Shown: one piece after another, positions 27,423 through 33,681 of the stretch | Numbering within the stretch: position 1 is the first letter of the stretch | Layout: every line of letters starts with the position of its first letter | Assembly: GCA_012960835.1 (NCBI GenBank) | Contig: DUAL01000030.1 | Coordinates: 11,270 to 44,950, forward strand | Length of the DNA stretch: 33,681 nucleotides | Reading direction: 5' to 3' | Origin: Flavobacteriales bacterium | Lineage (GTDB): Bacteria > Bacteroidota > Bacteroidia > Flavobacteriales > BACL11 | Made by a program: the position numbers and the translations under genes | The notes under the pieces: model-generated | Databases searched by the model: none | Told to the model about the DNA's origin: nothing | Seen by the model: only the letters and a program-made list of their open reading frames with translations

Positions 27423-28751
27423 TTATAAAATTATCCATTTATGATCAAAAGTACAATCCTTTAAGCTATTTCCTAATTTAATATAGGTTTTTTCTATTTT
27501 TTCTTCTAACCAATCATTTATTGTTTCTTGTTTCTTTTCTGATAATGTTACATTCCGAATTTTATCGTAATCCTCAGTTAAGTTAGCCGTATGTGCTATG
27601 GTTTTTTTTCTTAGTTTTATGAGTCGGTACGCTTTTCTCCCATCATCTGTTTGCATAATCATTGGTGCCGATATTTCATTTTCACTCATTTTTTCAATTA
27701 CAAAATACAAAGTTGGATCCAAATCTTTCATAATAAACATACTAGAACCAGAATTAGGATTTATGAGTAATCCCTCATTGTTTTTACTCTCATCATCCGA
27801 AAAATTCAATGCCGCTTTTTCAAAAGTTATTTTTCCATCAGAAATCTGCTTTGCAATATCCTCAATTTCCGATTTTAGCTCCATAAGTTGAGTGGAAGAA
27901 ACTTTTGGTTTTAAAAGAATATGTCGCACATTTATCTGCTCTCCCCTTCTTTCTATCAGTTGAATGATATGATAACCAAATTCACTTTTAATAATATCAG
28001 AAAGTTCATCTCCTTTTAGCTTATAAGCTGCCGCTTCAAATGCTGGAACCAAATCGCCCCTCCCTACAAAACCTAATTCTCCTCCATTTTTTGCAGAACC
28101 AGGATCGTCAGAATAAAGGGTAGCTAATACCTTAAAATCTTCTCCTTTTATTATCCTCTCTTTAAAAGTTTCTAATTTATTTTTTATCCTTTCTTTTTCC
28201 TCAACTGAAATTTCTGGTTTTAAAACTATTTGGGAAATTTCAACTTCTGCCTCAACCGTAGGAAGGCTGTCTTTTGCTAAATTGTTAAAATAGTTTTTTA
28301 CTTCTGAAGGAGTAACTTTCACTCCAGCAGTAATACCTCCTTGCATTCTTTGTGAAAGTAATTGATCGTTTATTAAATCTCGAAATTCTGATTTTATTTC
28401 AATAATAGATTTTCCATAAAACTCTTCTAATTTTTCTTTGCTTCCCACTTGTCCTACAAAATAACGGATTCTTTTTTCCAATTCACTCTCAATTTCTTGT
28501 TCCGATATTTCCAAGCTATCAATTTTTGCTTGGTTTAAAAGCAGTTTCTGATACAATAAATCTTCAATAATCCTGCATTTTATCTCGCCCCTATTTGTAT
28601 ACCCTTGCGCTAAATATTGTTGGTATTGGGTCTCAATATCAGAGGTGAGAATAATTTCATTTCCAATTATTGCTTCTACGCCATCAATCACTTTTTGGCA
28701 GTAGATTTTACTGCTAAAAAGCAAAAGTGCTATAAGGATATATTTTTTCAT
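27423..28751 (-). CDS. surA: SurA-like periplasmic chaperone / parvulin PPIase
   Basis: Signal peptide, SurA N-domain (IDGVEAIIGNEIILTSD), two rotamase domains (SDDPGSAKNGGELG, FGYHII, VRHIL). Confidence 0.88.
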   Translation of the reverse strand: MKKYILIALLLFSSKIYCQKVIDGVEAIIGNEIILTSDIETQYQQYLAQGYTNRGEIKCRIIEDLLYQKLLLNQAKIDSLEISEQEIESELEKRIRYFVGQVGSKEKLEEFYGKSIIEIKSEFRDLINDQLLSQRMQGGITAGVKVTPSEVKNYFNNLAKDSLPTVEAEVEISQIVLKPEISVEEKERIKNKLETFKERIIKGEDFKVLATLYSDDPGSAKNGGELGFVGRGDLVPAFEAAAYKLKGDELSDIIKSEFGYHIIQLIERRGEQINVRHILLKPKVSSTQLMELKSEIEDIAKQISDGKITFEKAALNFSDDESKNNEGLLINPNSGSSMFIMKDLDPTLYFVIEKMSENEISAPMIMQTDDGRKAYRLIKLRKKTIAHTANLTEDYDKIRNVTLSEKKQETINDWLEEKIEKTYIKLGNSLKDCTFDHKWIIL

Positions 28752-29596
28752 TGATGTATTTTAATTTTATTTGTTGAAATTGCTTTCTGATATAACTTAT
28801 CTTCTAAATCTTTCAAAAACAACAATTTATTTCTATTTAAAATTATTTCTCTAATTTTTTCTTGCACCAAACTTAACGGACTTCTGCTGCCTTTTATTTG
28901 ATATCCATGAATAAATAAAAAATATTTGCTACTATCAGCAGTATAGCTGTAATATTTATTACTACTTAAATAATAGGTTGAATTCTTCACTTCCATTGGC
29001 AACTTGTCGGCAAACTTAGAAAAATAAACCCATTTGGATTCATCTAAATGATAGTCAGCAGCAAATTGTCTGCAATACTCTATTAAATCTTCTTTATCTT
29101 CCTCTTTGTTTGAACGAAATAATTTGCGTAACAAATCTAATTTTGGAGCGTCAAAAGCCGTTTTTACATATCTTCCTTTAAATATATTTTCTTTTAATTC
29201 CAACTCATCCAAATTCTTATCATAATAATTTTGAATTTCTGCTTTTGTAACAACTGTATCAAAATTTTGCTTTATCAATTCTTGCTGATAGGCATAAATA
29301 AGTAGTGAATTTCTATAATCGTCAATTCTATCTTCTACATCCTTGAGAGCATCCGTCAAATTCATTTCGGCTTGCGCCACCAAAAGCTGTTTTTTTATCC
29401 AACTATCGATATAACTTTGTACAAATGCGGCACTATCGGTTTTATCCTCAGGAAGAGAGTTGCTTATTTCAGAAAAATACAAATCTTTATCGTACAAACT
29501 AACCAACAACTTATCATCAGAAGACAAGCCATTGCAAGCCATAAAAAATAATGCAGTACAATAAAGGAAAAGATAGTGTTTCACTTTCAAAACCAC
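28748..29596 (-). CDS. Lipoprotein with degenerate SurA/PPIase-like fold
   Basis: Lipobox FFMAC; YIDSWIKKQLL, YRNSLLIYAY, EIQNYY, PLSLV..KIREIILN motifs; no intact parvulin HIL motif. Confidence 0.72.
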   Translation of the reverse strand: MVLKVKHYLFLYCTALFFMACNGLSSDDKLLVSLYDKDLYFSEISNSLPEDKTDSAAFVQSYIDSWIKKQLLVAQAEMNLTDALKDVEDRIDDYRNSLLIYAYQQELIKQNFDTVVTKAEIQNYYDKNLDELELKENIFKGRYVKTAFDAPKLDLLRKLFRSNKEEDKEDLIEYCRQFAADYHLDESKWVYFSKFADKLPMEVKNSTYYLSSNKYYSYTADSSKYFLFIHGYQIKGSRSPLSLVQEKIREIILNRNKLLFLKDLEDKLYQKAISTNKIKIHQ

Positions 29597-29600
29597 TTGC

Positions 29601-31556
29601 TTATCGAATTAAAGAATGGAGAACCTGAGCATTAGCCCTTACCTGATACTTTTCTTTTAACTCATCTAACCATTGCTTTTCCAAGAAATCCTGATAATCT
29701 GAAATAACTTTACCTTTTGTTTCTGAAAGCTCTTTTTGTTGTGGAGGAATTAATGCTAAAATATCTACAATGATTATAGAACCATCTTTGCCTTTAATAT
29801 TTTTACTTATACCAATATTCCTACCAGCTTCATTTACATAATCATTCTCCTGTTGAGAATATTTTTTTCCTAGAATCTGAAGGTTTAATGGCGAGCTATA
29901 ATTTACCTTTTTTAGCACATCTTCATCAGTCAAATACAGCATTCTGTGTCGTTTTTTAATTTGTCTTAAAGTTTTTTTGGCAACTGTTTCATCAATACAA
30001 GTATATATTTTTGCTTCCACCCTTTCGCCCCACATATAATTTTCTTTATTGTTGTTAAAGAATGTTTGTAATCCTAAAGTATCCTTTATAGCTTTTGTCC
30101 AAACTTTATCATCCATTAAATCAAAAAGAAGAATACCATCCGTATATTCTTGTAATAATGACTTAAATTCAGGATACTTTTCCTCTAATCTGCTGTTTTC
30201 ATAACTCAGACAACTCTCACTTACAAAGGCCTTATACAAATCATTAAAATAAGTTTGATAATTATCTTTTACCTGCATTTGATTTGCCAGAATAAATGCA
30301 ATAAAATCAGCTTGGGTATAATAATTTGCATCTAAAACAAACAGGTTTCTTTTGAGTAAATTTGTTTTTTCGGAAGCCCATTTTCCTTTAGACAAACTCT
30401 CATCAATGTATTTTGAAATTTCGTTTAATCTGCTGCTGTATTGCTTAAAATTATACTCTTTTTTAATTTTGCTAATTAGTGCCTTATCTCGCAAAGCATT
30501 TCTGGAATCTTGATTGACTTTCTTTTCTAAATTATCTTTTACATCCTCAAAAGCAGGAATAGGTTTTTTTTCTAAAAGCTTGACTACATGCCAACCGAAA
30601 GGAGTTTTAAAAACAGTACTAGTCTCATCAATGGTTTGTAATAAAAAGGCGGCATTCTCAAATTCCTTTACCATCTTTCCTACGCCAAACCAAGGGATAC
30701 TCCCTCCCTTTACAGCTGTGGCTCTATCCTCTGAAAACTGTTTAGCTAAGTCGCTAAAATCCTCTCCATTTTTTAGTTTTATGGCAATCTCCTCAATCTT
30801 AGTTTTACTAATATTAATCGCTTCCTCTGAAGCATCTTTTGCTAATTTAAACATGATGTGGGCTACCTTCACCTCTCCAATTGCCTTCCTTTTATCATTC
30901 ACTTTTATCAGATGATAACCATACTTTGTTCTAACTGGCTTAGATATTTTCCCTATTTCTGTATTATATGCCGCATTCTCGAAAGGATAAACCATCATAA
31001 AAACAGTAAAATAACCCAAACTTCCTCCATTATTTATAGCTGATTTGTCATCAGAATATTGCTTGGCTGCATGATAGAAGTCCATTCCTTTAAGGATTTT
31101 ATTCCGAATATCTGTTGCTTTTTTATATGCTTTTAGTGTGTCGGTAGGAGTTGCTTTTTCAGCTATTGCAAATAAAATATGGCTTGCATTTACATCTTCT
31201 TGCATTCGCTCGTATGCCTCTTCTATTAATTTTTCATCAAATTGATTGTCACTCAAATAGGGCTTTGCCAATTGATTTCTGTACATGGCGAGTTCATTTA
31301 CAAATGCAGCAATAGTATCGTATTTTAGCTCTTTTGCTTCTTTTACTTTCAAACGAAAATTAATAAACAGTTGCATATAGTCATTCAAATACTCCTTGGT
31401 AATGATAGAGTCATTGTGGTTATTTTTTAAGAATATCGCTTTAAACTCACCAAGAGTGATGTTATCTTCTCCTACACTTAAAATTACTTCATTGTTTTGT
31501 GCAAAAGACAAAGAACAAAAAAGACCAATACAAAATACTAACACATTTTTTTTCAT
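29601..31556 (-). CDS. Peptidyl-prolyl cis-trans isomerase, two parvulin domains
   Basis: Signal peptide; ASHIL, NGGSLGYF, FENAAY, YGYHLIK, VAHIM, FGWHVVK motifs. Confidence 0.9.
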   Translation of the reverse strand: MKKNVLVFCIGLFCSLSFAQNNEVILSVGEDNITLGEFKAIFLKNNHNDSIITKEYLNDYMQLFINFRLKVKEAKELKYDTIAAFVNELAMYRNQLAKPYLSDNQFDEKLIEEAYERMQEDVNASHILFAIAEKATPTDTLKAYKKATDIRNKILKGMDFYHAAKQYSDDKSAINNGGSLGYFTVFMMVYPFENAAYNTEIGKISKPVRTKYGYHLIKVNDKRKAIGEVKVAHIMFKLAKDASEEAINISKTKIEEIAIKLKNGEDFSDLAKQFSEDRATAVKGGSIPWFGVGKMVKEFENAAFLLQTIDETSTVFKTPFGWHVVKLLEKKPIPAFEDVKDNLEKKVNQDSRNALRDKALISKIKKEYNFKQYSSRLNEISKYIDESLSKGKWASEKTNLLKRNLFVLDANYYTQADFIAFILANQMQVKDNYQTYFNDLYKAFVSESCLSYENSRLEEKYPEFKSLLQEYTDGILLFDLMDDKVWTKAIKDTLGLQTFFNNNKENYMWGERVEAKIYTCIDETVAKKTLRQIKKRHRMLYLTDEDVLKKVNYSSPLNLQILGKKYSQQENDYVNEAGRNIGISKNIKGKDGSIIIVDILALIPPQQKELSETKGKVISDYQDFLEKQWLDELKEKYQVRANAQVLHSLIR

Positions 31557-31575
31557 GCTTATTTTATTTTTAAAT

Positions 31576-33042
31576 TTATTTTCGACTATAATTTGGAGCT
31601 TCCCTTGTTATAGTTACATCATGAGGATGGCTTTCCGTAACTCCTGCGGCTGTAATTTTTATGAATCTAGCTTTTGCTAAATCTGTTATGTTTTTAGCAC
31701 CACAATAACCCATTCCAGCCCTTAATCCTCCAATCATTTGATGTATTACTTCTGATAAAGCACCTTTATAAGCTACTCTACCAACAATCCCTTCTGGTAC
31801 TAATTTCTTTGGATCATTTTCAGTAGTTTGAAAATACCTGTCCTTTGAGCCATCCTGCATAGCATCCACTGAACCCATCCCGCGAAATGTTTTGAATTTT
31901 CTTCCCTCAAAAATAATAGTTTCACCAGGAGCTTCTTCCACTCCAGCAATTAAGGAGCCTAACATTACAGTACTAGAGCCTGCAACCAATGCTTTTACAA
32001 TATCTCCAGAATACCTTATTCCTCCATCCGCAATTACAGGAATATTATTCTTTTTTGCTACCTCATTTACATCCAAAAGAGCAGTAAGTTGAGGAACCCC
32101 AATTCCTGCAATAATTCTGGTAGTACAAATTGAACCAGGACCAATTCCTACTTTTATGGCATCTGCACCAGCATCAATAAGAGCTTTTGCCGCTTTTGCA
32201 GTAGCGATATTTCCTACCACAACATCCAATTTTGGGTAGTCCGATTTTATTTTCTTTAACAAATCAATTACTCCTTTTGAATGTCCATGAGCTGTATCAA
32301 TAATGATTGCATCAACTGATACTTTTACTAGTGCTGCAACCCTTTCAAAAACATCAGTAGTTACGCCAACAGCCGCAACAACTCTTAATCTTCCATACTT
32401 ATCTTTGCAAGCGTTAGGACGCATCCTGTTTTTAATAATGTCCTTAAAAGTAATTAGCCCAACTAGTTCATTATTTTTGTTTACTACTGGCAACTTTTCA
32501 ATTTTGTTTTCTTGCAGAATGTGTTCCGCATTTTCTAAATCAGCAATTTCAGTAGTAATAATGTTATCAGTAGTCATGATTTGCTTAATCGGTAAGCTCA
32601 AATCTTTCTCGAATCTTAAATCTCTATTAGTTACTATGCCCACTAATTCATTTTTCTTATTTATAATTGGAATTCCTCCAATTTTAAATTCTTGCATGAT
32701 ATTCATAGCATCCCCTACCTTGGCTTCAACCAATAAAGTTATGGGATCTAAAATCATTCCACTTTCTGATCGTTTTACTTTTCTCACTTCATTTGCCTGA
32801 TTTTCGATACTCATGTTTTTGTGCAAAACACCAATACCACCTTCTTGGGCGATTGCGATAGCCATTCCTGCTTCTGTAACCGTATCCATTGCTGCAGAAA
32901 CGATAGGAATATTTAACTTTATATTTTTGGTGAAATTTGTAGTTACACCCACACAAGATGGCAATACCTCAGAATAATCAGGAACAACCAATACATCATC
33001 ATAGGTAAGCCCTTCTGATATAAGTTTGTTCTGTTGTTTCAT
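31576..33042 (-). CDS. guaB: IMP dehydrogenase (with CBS pair)
   Basis: [42 protein letters not shown] motifs. The probable start is ATG 33042; TATTTTTG box at 33074-33067. Confidence 0.98.
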   Translation of the reverse strand: MKQQNKLISEGLTYDDVLVVPDYSEVLPSCVGVTTNFTKNIKLNIPIVSAAMDTVTEAGMAIAIAQEGGIGVLHKNMSIENQANEVRKVKRSESGMILDPITLLVEAKVGDAMNIMQEFKIGGIPIINKKNELVGIVTNRDLRFEKDLSLPIKQIMTTDNIITTEIADLENAEHILQENKIEKLPVVNKNNELVGLITFKDIIKNRMRPNACKDKYGRLRVVAAVGVTTDVFERVAALVKVSVDAIIIDTAHGHSKGVIDLLKKIKSDYPKLDVVVGNIATAKAAKALIDAGADAIKVGIGPGSICTTRIIAGIGVPQLTALLDVNEVAKKNNIPVIADGGIRYSGDIVKALVAGSSTVMLGSLIAGVEEAPGETIIFEGRKFKTFRGMGSVDAMQDGSKDRYFQTTENDPKKLVPEGIVGRVAYKGALSEVIHQMIGGLRAGMGYCGAKNITDLAKARFIKITAAGVTESHPHDVTITREAPNYSRK

Positions 33043-33097
33043 ATTCTGTTTTTTAAAAATTGTGTGCAAAAATAGTTAAAATATCAGTTCAAAAGAC

Positions 33098-33123
33098 AAA
33101 AAAAAGTCCCAAAAATGGGACTC
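33098..33123 (-). terminator. Rho-independent terminator
   Basis: Minus strand AGTCCCA-TTTT-TGGGACT followed by a T run, downstream of the T9SS-substrate gene. Confidence 0.85.
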
Positions 33124-33143
33124 TTATTTTTATGTGATCTTTC

Positions 33144-33681
33144 TTATCTTATTAAACTTACAATATCTGTTTTTTCTGTGAGCATTCCAACTCCATTTAT
33201 GTATTGAACATGATAGACATAATTTCCATTCTGTGCAGGATTGCCTAAATAATTTCCATCCCATCCTTTAGAGGGGTCATTAGTCCTAAAAATTTCATGC
33301 CCCCATTTATCATAAATTGCAAATGAATAGCCAATTTCAGAAACAAAAGAGGTTATAGGATGAAATATTTCATTATGCTCATCATCATTTGGGGTAAAGG
33401 TGTTTGGCACAATTAAAACAGGAACTTGTGAAATACAAGATATATTCGACAGACTTCTTTCAACAAAACCATAAGGATTTGTATTCCCCTCTAATGCCTC
33501 AACATAATAACAAAACCGGCCGTTTCCATCTGTATATTCAACTACATTATCATTATAAAAATAGTTCTCGCTTCCACCAGAAAAGGTTGCTAATGGAATG
33601 GCTGAGAAATCACCTCTGTTAACCGAACGATAAAGATTATATACTACATCATCACCAAGCCAACCATCATAATCATTAAAC
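33144..33681 (-). CDS. T9SS type-B (gliding-motility-associated) C-terminal domain protein, 3' part
   Basis: The frame stays open to the window end: FN3-like YNLYRS...FCYYVEA segment, then VPNTFTPNDDEHNEIF, IYDKWG, GWDG, GNYVY, SLIR. Confidence 0.9.
   Translation of the reverse strand, partial: FNDYDGWLGDDVVYNLYRSVNRGDFSAIPLATFSGGSENYFYNDNVVEYTDGNGRFCYYVEALEGNTNPYGFVERSLSNISCISQVPVLIVPNTFTPNDDEHNEIFHPITSFVSEIGYSFAIYDKWGHEIFRTNDPSKGWDGNYLGNPAQNGNYVYHVQYINGVGMLTEKTDIVSLIR

Noticed and set aside
26882-27481. 199-aa + strand ORF
   Set aside because: Antisense shadow of moxR with no recognisable motifs and Ser/Phe/Ile-rich shadow composition.
30514-32800. + strand ORFs of 61-165 aa
   Set aside because: Antisense to the PPIase and guaB genes; codon-mirror artefacts.
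33404-33681. Apparent short 88-aa stand-alone CTD gene or frameshift, and a 72-aa + ORF
   Set aside because: Manual translation shows the minus frame is open to the window edge, so it is the end of a longer gene; the + ORF is its shadow.

Overview
AT-rich (roughly 30% GC by eye) chromosomal core region of a Bacteroidota bacterium, most likely Flavobacteriales. The evidence is a T9SS type-B C-terminal domain, TAnnTTTG -7 promoter boxes, and the phylum-typical folP-cdaA and guaB-PPIase-SurA-MoxR gene order. Contents in order: partial ligA, a PPC/DUF296 gene and prmC; a divergent ribD-eamA-yigZ operon in which RibD is fused in frame to a complete ASCH domain; a cobalamin-riboswitch-controlled btuB-btuG locus plus a second BtuG-like paralogue behind a terminator with its own promoter; HMG-CoA lyase, pyrD and an XRE regulator with candidate operator palindromes; an outer-membrane barrel divergent from mntR-ZIP with a DtxR-like palindrome between them; smpB, tRNA-Arg(ACG), clpS, plsY; a ~1,480-aa uncharacterised exported beta-rich protein; tpiA, an orphan ABC permease, a DoxX protein, DUF1599, folP, cdaA, def, moxR, three SurA/parvulin-type genes, guaB and a partial T9SS substrate. 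I saw no mobile element, CRISPR array, prophage or defence island. Best novelty candidates: the RibD-ASCH fusion operon, the giant internally duplicated exported protein beside plsY, the MntR-linked outer-membrane channel, and the riboswitch-decoupled BtuG paralogue. All family calls come from motif recognition, not database searches.
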